NCBI GenBank assembly: GCA_965263335.1
Contig: CBDHHE010000009.1
Coordinates: forward strand, 28,645 to 92,644
DNA length: 64,000 nt
From: Thermohalobaculum sp.
Lineage (GTDB): Bacteria; Pseudomonadota; Alphaproteobacteria; Rhodobacterales; Rhodobacteraceae
Direction: 5' to 3'
This document shows positions 48,556 to 58,064 of this stretch, one piece after another. The position numbers and the translations under genes are program-made. Numbering within the stretch: the first letter of the stretch is position 1; every line of letters starts with the position of its first letter. The notes beneath the pieces are model-generated. The model had not been told where the DNA came from. It searched no databases and saw nothing but the letters and a program-made list of their open reading frames with translations.

Positions 48556-49281
48556 ATGACCGGACCCTGGACTGACAACGACCTTACCGCGTTTCTGGAC
48601 GGTGCCCTGTCCCCGAGGGATGCACGTCGTCTGGAAGCGGATCTCGCCAATGATCCGCAGCTTGCCCGTCGTCTTGATGCGCTCACGATAGACACCGATG
48701 CGCTTCGCAAGGATTTTGACCTGTTGCTGCAGGCCGCGTCGCCGAACATTGCGCCGATGGTCAAGGCCGCCCCGCGCACACGGCTTCGGGCCTGGCACGG
48801 CATGGCGCTTGCGGCCTCGCTTGCGGCGGGGATCATCGTTGGATTGCAGTTTACCGCGCCCGATGAAGACTGGCAGGATCTTGCGGCAAACTATCACCTG
48901 CTCTACGGGGCAGAGACGCTGGCCCCGGTGGATGATGACCTTGAACGCATCACGGTCGAACTTGCCAGAGTGGCCCAGAGCCTTGCGCGTGAAATGCCCC
49001 TTGACGCGTTGCAGGCCCCCGCCGGCATCCGACTGAAACGCGCACAGATGCTGGCCTATGAGGGGCGCCCGCTTGCTCAGATCGCCTATGTGACGCCGGC
49101 AGGCGAACCGATCGCGCTTTGCATTATCGCGGACGAGGATGACGCGGTGCTGCGCAGCCTTTCCATGCGCGGCATGGCTGCGGCGACCTGGTCAGCGAAC
49201 GGCTACGGATTTCTTCTGATTGGAACGGATGATCGTGTGCTGATCGATCGCGCTGCCCAAGAGCTTTCCACCCTGCTCTGA
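48556..49281 (+). CDS. Anti-sigma factor (transmembrane)
   Basis: LTAFLDGALS N-terminus, TM LAASLAAGIIVG, and GRPLAQIAY..GEPIALC motif. Confidence 0.85.
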   Translation: MTGPWTDNDLTAFLDGALSPRDARRLEADLANDPQLARRLDALTIDTDALRKDFDLLLQAASPNIAPMVKAAPRTRLRAWHGMALAASLAAGIIVGLQFTAPDEDWQDLAANYHLLYGAETLAPVDDDLERITVELARVAQSLAREMPLDALQAPAGIRLKRAQMLAYEGRPLAQIAYVTPAGEPIALCIIADEDDAVLRSLSMRGMAAATWSANGYGFLLIGTDDRVLIDRAAQELSTLL

Positions 49282-49338
49282 CGTCGAATGCGCCGGTGAG
49301 TGATCACCGACGCATGTCGTTTTGATAGCGGTCATCGC

Positions 49339-50307
49339 TTAGATGAAGTCGAACGTGTCGCCATAGATCAGACCACTCTGACCAAAGGCAAGAAAGTCGA
49401 TCGCCTCGGGCGCATGTGCCGTTTCGCGGTCGACGCTTGTGTCTTCCTCGGCAAAGACGCTGAAGCCGTCTGCGTCAAGGCCAAGTGTCCGCGCCCGAGC
49501 GGGCTCGTTCCCATTCTGGCTGGTCAGGTCAGCGAAGATGATCGGGACCTCGTCAAGATCGATGCCCAGATCGATGCGGCTGGCGGTGTGATCGATGCCA
49601 AAGCCTGCGCTGCCTGCCTCAAAGACAAGACCGTCCACCAAGCCCTGCCCGCTTTCGATCGCCAGAACCCCGATCGTTTCGGCGCCATGGCTGCTCGAAA
49701 ACTGACCGAGCTGTTCTTCTTCAAGAGCCACTTCGACCGCCCCGGCACTGACCGACGCGATGCGGGTGTCGACAAAGTCCGTGTCATTGAAGGTCTGTGT
49801 GCCGGCCAGAACGGTCGGGCGGGATGAAAAGCCCTCAAGCTCGACAGTTTCGTGGCCCGATGCCGAGAGCAGGCTGGTATCGACCGTCTCTGCGGCGATC
49901 ACTGTGCCGTCCGAAAGCACATGCGTGCCTTCTTCGACCACAATGAACGAGACCGTTTCGGGGGCGTGGACCACATCATAGGTCTCGGGCTCTTGAAGGA
50001 AGAGATCGAAACCATCGCTCCGTACATCAGTGACGCGGCTGGTCACGGACTGTAGCCCGTTTGCTGTCGCCACATGTGTGAAGACCACCGGGTTTTCGAA
50101 GTCATGCTGGAAGGTCACCGTGCCGCCGGTGTGATCGACAACCACCGCGCCCACTTCGGCGATGACGTCGGGCGACAGCCCTAGACCGTCCGTACTAAGG
50201 ACATTGCGATCCAGCGCGCCGCTGAACAGCGCCTCCTCGAACTCCTCTTCGTTGGCGCCGTCTTCCGTAAGCGCCGTCTCCAGCGCGGCGCGGACTTCAG
50301 CCTCCAA
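49339..50307 (-). CDS. C-terminal part of a large secreted protein with three H-type-lectin-like repeats
   Basis: Three ~90-aa units, each ending H(A/G)(P/A)E(T/A)(V/I). Ends DTFDFI. No good RBS or ATG; joins the upstream ORF if one G is removed from the G6 run at 50336-50341. Confidence 0.72.
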   Translation of the reverse strand: MEAEVRAALETALTEDGANEEEFEEALFSGALDRNVLSTDGLGLSPDVIAEVGAVVVDHTGGTVTFQHDFENPVVFTHVATANGLQSVTSRVTDVRSDGFDLFLQEPETYDVVHAPETVSFIVVEEGTHVLSDGTVIAAETVDTSLLSASGHETVELEGFSSRPTVLAGTQTFNDTDFVDTRIASVSAGAVEVALEEEQLGQFSSSHGAETIGVLAIESGQGLVDGLVFEAGSAGFGIDHTASRIDLGIDLDEVPIIFADLTSQNGNEPARARTLGLDADGFSVFAEEDTSVDRETAHAPEAIDFLAFGQSGLIYGDTFDFI

Positions 50308-52726
50308 AACGACGCCTCCACTGATCTCGGAACCGCCCCCCGTTCGATGAAAAGCCGACGCCTAGGCCGGCTCCGGCGGCCACCGAAGTGTTGAAGAGAT
50401 CTGGGATTTCGTCGAGCCGGAACTCGGCCGTGGGGTCGGCGAGAAGTTCGGTCGTATTCGGCAAGAACGCAGTCGCGAAGGCGTACGACGCCTCGGCGCC
50501 GATGGTCACGCCGCTGAGGCCGAATTCTCCCAGATCGAGTTCGAGCGCCACGCCATTGAAGTTCTCAAGCCCAACCTCGCGCAGCACGTCGGCGGCGCCG
50601 TTCACGAAAGCGCTGCCGGAGAGCTCGACGCCGCTGAACGCCCGCAACTCGATGCCGTTGCCGAGCCCGGGCACTCGGGCGACTACGGCGCCTTCCGCGA
50701 CCGCGTCGACAATCACCTGGCGGTTGGCGAGATCAGAGTCCAATAGATCGAAAACGAGGCCAACACCCAGCTCGCCGCCGAACACCCCGCCGGTGACCAA
50801 AGCGCCCGCTTCGATGCGCAAACCGGCACTAAACTCGGCGCCCGCTTCCAGCGGCCCTGCTTCGACGTCGACGAGGCTTGTATCGACACCGCCGTCGTCG
50901 CCGTCGTCGCCGCTAACTTCGGACACCTCCGCCGTGCCTGCGTCATCCGGTGCGACTGCGGCAGAGATCCGCGGCGCTTGGGTCCCTTCAACGCCAGGCT
51001 GTGCGGCTCCTGCGGCGTTGCCTTCTGCCGCAGTCGCGCCCCCACCGCCCGAGGACGTGGAGAAGGCGAAAACGCTGGCATCGAACCCATCGTCGATCAA
51101 CGCGTCGAGGTTGGTTTCGAGGCGCGCGCGCTGGTTGGCGGAGAGTGCTGCGCCCAGGCTGTCTTCGAAAAGATCCACCAGCGCGTCCGTGTCCCCGAAG
51201 TCCAGCACCGCGTCGCGCACCGTCTCCAGCAGCGTTGCGCCATCCTCGGTGGCCAGGGCCGCGAGGTCGTCCAGAACCTGTGTCGTGCCGGCCAGCGCCT
51301 GCTCGGTCGCCGCCTGGCCAAGATCGGTCACGTACCCGACCGCGAAGCGCTCAAGCTGGGCTTGCAGGTAGTCTACGATGCCGAGGAAGCCGTCTCCGAT
51401 GAAGGCGGCGAGATCCGACAGGAAGCCCTGAGCCGCCGACAGGCCATCGAGGAACGCGCCCTCGGCACCGTTGGCGATGGATTGAAGGATCGCGCCGGTC
51501 GACGCTGCCACGCCGGCCAACGCCTCTGGCGTAAGCTGCTGCAAGACACCGGCCAACTGCGGCGTGATCAGCTCCCGAGGCAAGTCCAGGACGCGGGCGT
51601 AGCCATCGAGCGTCGCGGATGAGAGGTCGATATCGAGCGTACCGATGTCCTGAAACGCGTTGCCGATTGCCTCGAAATCCACGAAGCGCGCGATGTCCGA
51701 GACGATATCGCCAAAGACCGCACCCTCGCCCGAGATCGCCTCAAGAAAAGGCGTGTCCAGCGCACCTTCCCAACCATTCTCGGCAATGCCGTCGACGAAA
51801 GCATCAAGCTCCGCCCGATCATGGACGACGGCCACAGCTTCCTGGAGCGCGCCGCGGGCTGCGTCGAGCCCCTGACGTGCGACATCCAAGGCGGGGTTTT
51901 CGAGACGGTGGATCCGCTGAACATTTGCGATCTGATTTCCCAAAGCCGTGATCTGCGCATTGGCCGAGGCAAACGCGCCGACGCTGTCGACTGCAGCCTG
52001 AGGCGCGCTTTGGATGGCCTCTGCCGCATCCGAAACGGTTGAACTGATCGCTGCGAGAGCATCGGGTAACGAGACGAAATTTAGACGCGTTACGCCGGAG
52101 CTGCTACCGAAGGAGATCTCGGCGCGCAACGCCGCAACTGCGTCGCCAAGATCGGCGGCGAACGCGCCCGGGTCAGATGGATCGAAGGTGAACTGCCCAA
52201 CCTGGGCATCGATGGCCGACACCGCTTGCGATACCAGGTCTGCAATTGTCAGAACGTTGATCTGCCCAATGTTTCCAAGTTCCTGTCCGACCCTGGAGAG
52301 GGCACCGGAGATGATCCCATCCGGGTCGCCGATCCGCTGGATTGAGATGAGGGCCTGATACGACTGCGCGATCGGTTCAAAGGTCGCGGAAATCAGATCG
52401 AGGCTGTCCGTCGTGACGGCGTCGCGCCTGATCTGGTCAGCAACAGACCGGCTCGCGCGACCGAAATGCTCAACGGCATCGGCCACGCTTCGCGCAAGCG
52501 CGCTGTCGACCCGCCCGACGGTGCCGATGTGATCGGCGATAGAGGTGAAGCCGCGCCCGGCATCTTCGAGCGATCCGAGCACGCCCAGCGTATTGACGCC
52601 AAGCGCATTGGTCAGGTCCTGAATGTCGAGCGCGACTTCGATTACTACGTCGAGTTCGTTACGAACGGTGTCGAACGCCCGATTTACATCGTTTGAAAGT
52701 CCGGAAAAGAAATTGCCGAAAGACAT
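50297..52726 (-). CDS. N-terminal part of a large acidic Ala/Gly-rich secreted protein
   Basis: 809-aa ORF with GGAG RBS: helical N-terminus, Gly/Ala linker and beta-rich region. The abrupt basic tail RFRDQWRRRFGG* is frameshift-like. Confidence 0.75.
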   Translation of the reverse strand: MSFGNFFSGLSNDVNRAFDTVRNELDVVIEVALDIQDLTNALGVNTLGVLGSLEDAGRGFTSIADHIGTVGRVDSALARSVADAVEHFGRASRSVADQIRRDAVTTDSLDLISATFEPIAQSYQALISIQRIGDPDGIISGALSRVGQELGNIGQINVLTIADLVSQAVSAIDAQVGQFTFDPSDPGAFAADLGDAVAALRAEISFGSSSGVTRLNFVSLPDALAAISSTVSDAAEAIQSAPQAAVDSVGAFASANAQITALGNQIANVQRIHRLENPALDVARQGLDAARGALQEAVAVVHDRAELDAFVDGIAENGWEGALDTPFLEAISGEGAVFGDIVSDIARFVDFEAIGNAFQDIGTLDIDLSSATLDGYARVLDLPRELITPQLAGVLQQLTPEALAGVAASTGAILQSIANGAEGAFLDGLSAAQGFLSDLAAFIGDGFLGIVDYLQAQLERFAVGYVTDLGQAATEQALAGTTQVLDDLAALATEDGATLLETVRDAVLDFGDTDALVDLFEDSLGAALSANQRARLETNLDALIDDGFDASVFAFSTSSGGGGATAAEGNAAGAAQPGVEGTQAPRISAAVAPDDAGTAEVSEVSGDDGDDGGVDTSLVDVEAGPLEAGAEFSAGLRIEAGALVTGGVFGGELGVGLVFDLLDSDLANRQVIVDAVAEGAVVARVPGLGNGIELRAFSGVELSGSAFVNGAADVLREVGLENFNGVALELDLGEFGLSGVTIGAEASYAFATAFLPNTTELLADPTAEFRLDEIPDLFNTSVAAGAGLGVGFSSNGGRFRDQWRRRFGG

Positions 52727-53568
52727 AACATTTCTCCATTTGGATTAGTTTGGCATGCAAAGACCCGCCGTCGGCCAAGGGGCCGCCGCTTGTTCAGGTC
52801 AGGGTTAGAGGTTGGGCTTTTGCCGGTCGTCAGGGTGGCTTTGGCCGTTTCATGTGGGTCTCCTTGGTTGGGCGTCGCCCGAACCGTGGGGAGCGCTCAC
52901 ATAAAGGAAAACACGTTTGTCGGGAAATTATTCACCGGCTTGGGGCCAGATAAGATCACATTCGGTCACACGGCTGAGACGCCCTCGTGCGTTGGCCGGG
53001 CCTTTGACGCAGTTCATCCACGGACCGGTCGGGCATTTCCAAAGGAAATGTCCCGAAAGGTTTGCTCTCGACACGGCTCCGGCGGTGGTATCCGCTCCAA
53101 CGTCGCCAGATGGCGCGACCCAGATACTTTGATGCTCGCAGGCTTCGTTGCGTGCGATTGCGCCGGCGGTGGGTGGCTTCTACGGCTTGGCGTTTTTCCT
53201 TGGCGGGATGGCCACGTTCAGTGTTCGCTGGCGGCGGCACAGGGCGCTGGCGTCCGCTACCGGCCAGCCCAGGCCGACAAGCTTCAGAAGGCGTTGCACG
53301 AACCTCACCGTCTGCCTTAGCGGCCTACCAAAGATGCCCGGGGCGCCGCCCGTTCAGGGCAAACCGCCCTTCACTCTTCATCGCCCGACAGGTCCCGGAT
53401 CGCGGCATCGCTCAAGCTCGGTTGCTGGCCACACTTACTGGTCGGGGGCGGGCCTCAGGTCATTTCTGGATCAAACCACAGCGTGTGCGAGCCGCGTCGG
53501 CCCTGTGCTTCATTTCAAACCGACAAACCTTACGGCAAACGTCGCTTTCCCGCAGCTCGAGTGACAAT

Positions 53569-55302
53569 TTACTCTGCGGCCTGTGGCACCTCAGGGCAGC
53601 TGAGCTTTTTCCAAGCCTCAAACTGCGACAGAAACACCTCACCGTTCAAGTCTTGGATCAGATGCGACTTCTTCAGGCGATCCATGACGGGCCCTTTGAC
53701 CTCGGACAGATGCAGACCGACGCCCATGTCCGTCAGCCGTGCATTGATCGCCTCCAGACTTTCGAGTGCGGAGTAATCAACTTCGTTCACGGCTGAGAAC
53801 ATCAGCACCACATGTCGGATGGCACATCCTTCCGTGACGCGGGTTTGTATCAGGTCCTCAAGGAAGCGCGCGTTCACGAAATAGAGGCTTTCATCGACCC
53901 TGAGCGTGACCAGAGATGGCGAAGTCTCCACTTTGTGGCGGTGGATGTTGCGGAAGTGCTGGCTGCCGGGGACGAGCCCAACCTCGGCCACATGCGGGCG
54001 GGAGGTTTTGTAAAGATGTAGAACTACAGAAATCGCGACACCGGCAGCAACGCCCACCTCAACGCCAAGGCCCAGGGTTAGTAGAATTGTAGCCCCAACA
54101 GCGGTGAAGTCAGCGCGGGAATAGTTCCATGTCTTCTTCAGAATCGAGATATCGACGAGAGACAAGACCGCCACGATGATAGTCGCGGCCAGCGTTGCGT
54201 TTGGAAGGAAGTAGACGAGGGGCGTCAGGGCGACAGCCGCGATGGCAAGGCCGATGGCTGTGAAGATACCCGCAGCGGGTGTTTCCGCGCCTGCGTCGTA
54301 GTTCACGACCGACCTTGAGAAGCCACCTGTCACCGGGAAGCCGCCGGAGAAGGCTGCGCCGAGGTTGGCGGCTCCGAGGCCGATCAATTCCTGATCCGGG
54401 TCGATGCGCTGGCGTTTCTTGGCGGCCAAAGTCTGGGCGACCGAAACGCTTTCCACAAAGCCGATGATCGAAATCAGGATTGCAGGGACCAGTAGCGCGC
54501 CGACCAGATCGCTCGACAGGCTGGGCATGGTCAAAGGTGGCAGGCTTTGCGGGACATCGCCCACGATTTTCACACCCTTTTCGGCGAGATTGAGCCCCCA
54601 GACAGCGACGGTCGTTGCCACGACGGCAACGACGGGGCCGCCTTTCGCGAGGAAGTCTGTGAGCAATGGCCCTGTTCCGAGCCGTTTGAGAAGCGGTTTC
54701 AGGTTGCTGCGCACCCAGAACAGAAAGCCTGCGGCGCTGACCCCGATCAGAACCGTGATCCAGTTGATCTCGTCCAGATGCGCAAAGAGCGAGCCCAGCA
54801 TCTCTGGCAGGGTATGGCCATGGGCGCTGACACCCAAGATATGTTTCAGCTGGCTCGTCGCGATGAGTATGCCTGATGCTGTAATAAACCCGGCGATGAC
54901 GGGGTGGCTGAGGAAATTGGCCAGAAAACCGAGGCGCAACACGCCCAGCAGGACAAGAAAACCGCCAGACAGAAAGGCCAATGTCAGGGCTGCGACCGCA
55001 TAGCCCGCCGTGCCTGCCTCGGCCACCTGGCCGATGGCCGAAGCTGTCAGCAGTGAAACCACAGCCACCGGCCCCACGGCCAACGCGCGGGACGTCCCGA
55101 AGATCGCGTAAAGCACAATGGGCGCAATGGACGCATAAATCCCGGCCTCAGGCGGCAAGCCCGCCAGCAGTGCGTAGGCCAGCGACTGCGGGATAAGCAT
55201 GATCGTCACAATGACAGCCGCGATCAGGTCGTTCGACAACGCGGATTTGTCGTAGGTGCGACCCCAATCAAGGATTGGTACGTAGCGGCGGGGTGTTTGC
55301 AT
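53569..55302 (-). CDS. SulP family anion permease with STAS domain
   Basis: LIPQSLAYALLAGLPPEAGIY, GGFSRSVVN and LRVDESLYFVNA motifs. Confidence 0.93.
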   Translation of the reverse strand: MQTPRRYVPILDWGRTYDKSALSNDLIAAVIVTIMLIPQSLAYALLAGLPPEAGIYASIAPIVLYAIFGTSRALAVGPVAVVSLLTASAIGQVAEAGTAGYAVAALTLAFLSGGFLVLLGVLRLGFLANFLSHPVIAGFITASGILIATSQLKHILGVSAHGHTLPEMLGSLFAHLDEINWITVLIGVSAAGFLFWVRSNLKPLLKRLGTGPLLTDFLAKGGPVVAVVATTVAVWGLNLAEKGVKIVGDVPQSLPPLTMPSLSSDLVGALLVPAILISIIGFVESVSVAQTLAAKKRQRIDPDQELIGLGAANLGAAFSGGFPVTGGFSRSVVNYDAGAETPAAGIFTAIGLAIAAVALTPLVYFLPNATLAATIIVAVLSLVDISILKKTWNYSRADFTAVGATILLTLGLGVEVGVAAGVAISVVLHLYKTSRPHVAEVGLVPGSQHFRNIHRHKVETSPSLVTLRVDESLYFVNARFLEDLIQTRVTEGCAIRHVVLMFSAVNEVDYSALESLEAINARLTDMGVGLHLSEVKGPVMDRLKKSHLIQDLNGEVFLSQFEAWKKLSCPEVPQAAE

Positions 55303-55367
55303 CACGGTTGCTTTCGGAAAAAGGCGATAGATGAGCCCGGCCAAAGCCGGCAACCCATCCACCAGTT

Positions 55368-55402
55368 GCACCGCGGGCCGCAGGGAGGGTCACCCGCGGT
55401 GC
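55368..55402. terminator. Stem-loop between sqr and sulP
   Basis: GCACCGCGGG ... CCCGCGGTGC perfect 10-bp stem. Confidence 0.5.
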
Positions 55403-55413
55403 TTAGGAGCGGT

Positions 55414-57093
55414 CTATTCAGCTGCGACCTGAATTTTTTCAGGCTTGGCCATCCATTCTTTGCCCTTCAGCATGGCCTGCCAATAGATCGGGGGCAGCAT
55501 CTTTTCCTTCAGGAACCAGGCTGCGCGCGTGGGCTTGGTGCCGTCCACAAGGAAGGATGGGAAAGACGGTTTGAGAACGCCGCCATAGCCGAACTCGGCC
55601 AGCACGATCTTGCCGCGCTCGACCGTCAACGGGCAGGAGCCGTATCCATCATAGGCCGCAACGGGCGAGCGCCCGGCAATGTCAGCGGCGATGTTGTCTG
55701 CGACCACAGGGGCCTGCTTGCGCGCGGCTGCGGCGGTCTTGGCATTGGGTGCGTTCATCACGTCACCGAGGCTCCAGACATTGTCATAGCTTTTGTGGCG
55801 CAACGTGACCTGATCCACATCGACCCAACCTGCTGCATCTGCCAGAGGGGAGACACGGATGAAATCGGGGGCGGTCTGCGGCGGGCAGACGTGGATCATA
55901 TCGAAATCCACTGTGACCATGTCGGGGTCTGTGTCCGGTTTCGCGACTTTGAAAGTGGCTTTCTTGGCATCGCCATCCACAGACACAAGGTTGTGGAAGA
56001 AGTTACAGGTCGCGTCATACTTGGCGATGTAGCTTTCCAGCGCGGGCACATAGTCCTTGACGCCGAACAAGACGCCGCCGGCGTTCATGAACTGGATGTC
56101 GATGTCTTTGAGACGACCGTTGCGGAACCAAGCGTCACCGGACAGATACATCGCCTTCTGCGGTGCGCCCGCGCATTTTATGGGCATCGGCGGCTGGGTG
56201 AAGATCGCACGCCCCTCTTTCATCTCCTGCACCAGTTCCCATGTGTATGGCGCGAGGTCATAGCGATAGTTGGATGTAACGCCATTGCGGCCAAGAGTGT
56301 CTTCCAGCCCTTCAACGGCATCCCAGTCGAGCTTCAGGCCGGGGCAAACCACAAGGCGGTCGTATTTGACCACACGGCAGCCATCGAGGATGACGGCATT
56401 GTTTTCAGGCTCGAACGCGGCCACGGCGGATTTGATCCACTTGACGCCGCGCGGAATGAGCGAGCCCATTGTCTTGGCCGTCTGGCTGGCCTGGAAAATG
56501 CCGCCGCCCACCATGGTCCAGCCGGGCTGGTAGTAGTGGATGTCAGCCGGATCAATGATGGCAATCGACAGGTTCGACTTGCGTGACTGCAGGCTGGCCG
56601 CGACGGACACGCCGGCTGCGCCGCCGCCGACGATGACAACATCAAACTGGGCGTCCCCTGTGTCGGTCGGGGTCTTGCCGCCGTTGGCGATGCGCCGGGC
56701 AACGCCGGTCATGTCATAGCCAGCCGCCTTGGTTGCCGCGAGGATCTCGGGCATCGGGCGTTTCTTGCTTTCATGGAAAGACCAGAGCGTGGCAGAGCGC
56801 GTACCCGTGCGGCAATAAGCCAGCACCGGGCGCGGCAGGTCTTTAAGGGCGGCGCCAAAGCCTGCCACGTCTTCGTCGCGCACCATGCCAGAGGTCACCG
56901 GGACATAGGCCGCTTGCAGGCCAGCCGTCTTGGCGGCGGCTTCGATTTCTTCAAAGCTCGGCTGATCCGCGCCTTCGCCATCCGGGCGATTGCAGATGAT
57001 TGCGCGGAAGCCTGCGGACTTGATCGCGGCCATATCCTCGGCCGTGATTTGCGGGCTGACGCTGACTTTTTCAGTGATTTTCTTGAGTTCCAT
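55414..57093 (-). CDS. sqr: Sulfurtransferase (DUF442/TIGR01244-type) fused to sulfide:quinone oxidoreductase
   Basis: N-terminal ICNRPDGE and AYCRTGTRS. C-terminal GGGAAG, HYYQPGWT, IKCAGAPQK and GYGSCPL motifs. Confidence 0.9.
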   Translation of the reverse strand: MELKKITEKVSVSPQITAEDMAAIKSAGFRAIICNRPDGEGADQPSFEEIEAAAKTAGLQAAYVPVTSGMVRDEDVAGFGAALKDLPRPVLAYCRTGTRSATLWSFHESKKRPMPEILAATKAAGYDMTGVARRIANGGKTPTDTGDAQFDVVIVGGGAAGVSVAASLQSRKSNLSIAIIDPADIHYYQPGWTMVGGGIFQASQTAKTMGSLIPRGVKWIKSAVAAFEPENNAVILDGCRVVKYDRLVVCPGLKLDWDAVEGLEDTLGRNGVTSNYRYDLAPYTWELVQEMKEGRAIFTQPPMPIKCAGAPQKAMYLSGDAWFRNGRLKDIDIQFMNAGGVLFGVKDYVPALESYIAKYDATCNFFHNLVSVDGDAKKATFKVAKPDTDPDMVTVDFDMIHVCPPQTAPDFIRVSPLADAAGWVDVDQVTLRHKSYDNVWSLGDVMNAPNAKTAAAARKQAPVVADNIAADIAGRSPVAAYDGYGSCPLTVERGKIVLAEFGYGGVLKPSFPSFLVDGTKPTRAAWFLKEKMLPPIYWQAMLKGKEWMAKPEKIQVAAE

Positions 57094-57153
57094 TTGGGTC
57101 TCCTCCCCTGCGGGAATGATTTGGCGCCCTATCGTTGCGCGACATGAGGGCGG

Positions 57154-58035
57154 TTAAAGCCCGTTCACAGGCACTTTGAGCATCGGGTTGCCGTCCTTGT
57201 CGGTCGGCACTTCGCCCGCGCGCATGTTCACTTGCAGGGACGGAATGATCAGTTTGGGCATGGCAAGTTGGGCATCCCGTTCGGTGCGGAATTTGACGAA
57301 GTCTTCCTTGGTCTTCCCCGCACCGACGTGAATGTTCTGGGCCTTTTGCTCGGCCACTGTGGTTTCCCATGCAATCGTGCGCCCACCGGGGCCATAATCG
57401 TGGCACATGAACAGCCGTGTTTCATCCGGCAGCGCCAGCACTTTCTGGATGCTGTCGTAAAGCTCTTCGGCAGAGCCGCCGGGAAAGTCGCAGCGCGCCG
57501 AGCCACCATCGGGCATGAACAGCGTATCACCGACGAAGGCCGCATCCCCCACCACATGCACCATGCAGGCGGGGGTGTGTCCGGGCGTATACATGGCGAA
57601 AGCCTGCATTGTCCCGATCATGTAGGTGTCACCATCTTCGAACAGCGCGTCAAATTGCGAGCCGTCACGCTCGAATTCGGTGCCTTCGTTGAACACTTTG
57701 CCAAAGGTCTCTTGCACAACCGTGATCTTCGACCCGACGCCGATCTTACCGCCCAGCTTCCCTTGGATGTAAGGGGCGGCGCTCAGGTGATCCGCGTGAA
57801 CGTGGGTTTCGATGATCCACTCCAGCTTGAGGCCCTCGGTCTCGATCTGGTGGATCAACTCATCGGCGTGATCAAAGGTGATGCGGCCCGCAGCATAGTC
57901 GATGTCCATCACGGTATCGATCAGCGCGCAGCTTTGCGAAGCAGGGTCTTTGACAAGATAAGTGATCGTGTTGGTCGCTTCATCAAAGAAAGCCTGTACC
58001 TCGGGTTTGACAGTCATATCAACGGGATACGTCAT
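57154..58035 (-). CDS. Persulfide dioxygenase (ETHE1/Blh-like MBL fold)
   Basis: ETHVHADHLSAA, TPGHTPAC, GDTLF, ARCDFPGG, CHDY and SLQVNMRAG motifs. Confidence 0.9.
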   Translation of the reverse strand: MTYPVDMTVKPEVQAFFDEATNTITYLVKDPASQSCALIDTVMDIDYAAGRITFDHADELIHQIETEGLKLEWIIETHVHADHLSAAPYIQGKLGGKIGVGSKITVVQETFGKVFNEGTEFERDGSQFDALFEDGDTYMIGTMQAFAMYTPGHTPACMVHVVGDAAFVGDTLFMPDGGSARCDFPGGSAEELYDSIQKVLALPDETRLFMCHDYGPGGRTIAWETTVAEQKAQNIHVGAGKTKEDFVKFRTERDAQLAMPKLIIPSLQVNMRAGEVPTDKDGNPMLKVPVNGL

Positions 58036-58064
58036 CTTTTGGGTCTCCTCTTTGGGCGACGTGC

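Noticed and set aside
53030-53400. c-di-GMP-I riboswitch or PEP-CTERM/VPLPA-type sorting signal
   Set aside because: Only fragments of the consensus are present. The GACGCAAAG pairing and the VPxP motif are missing.
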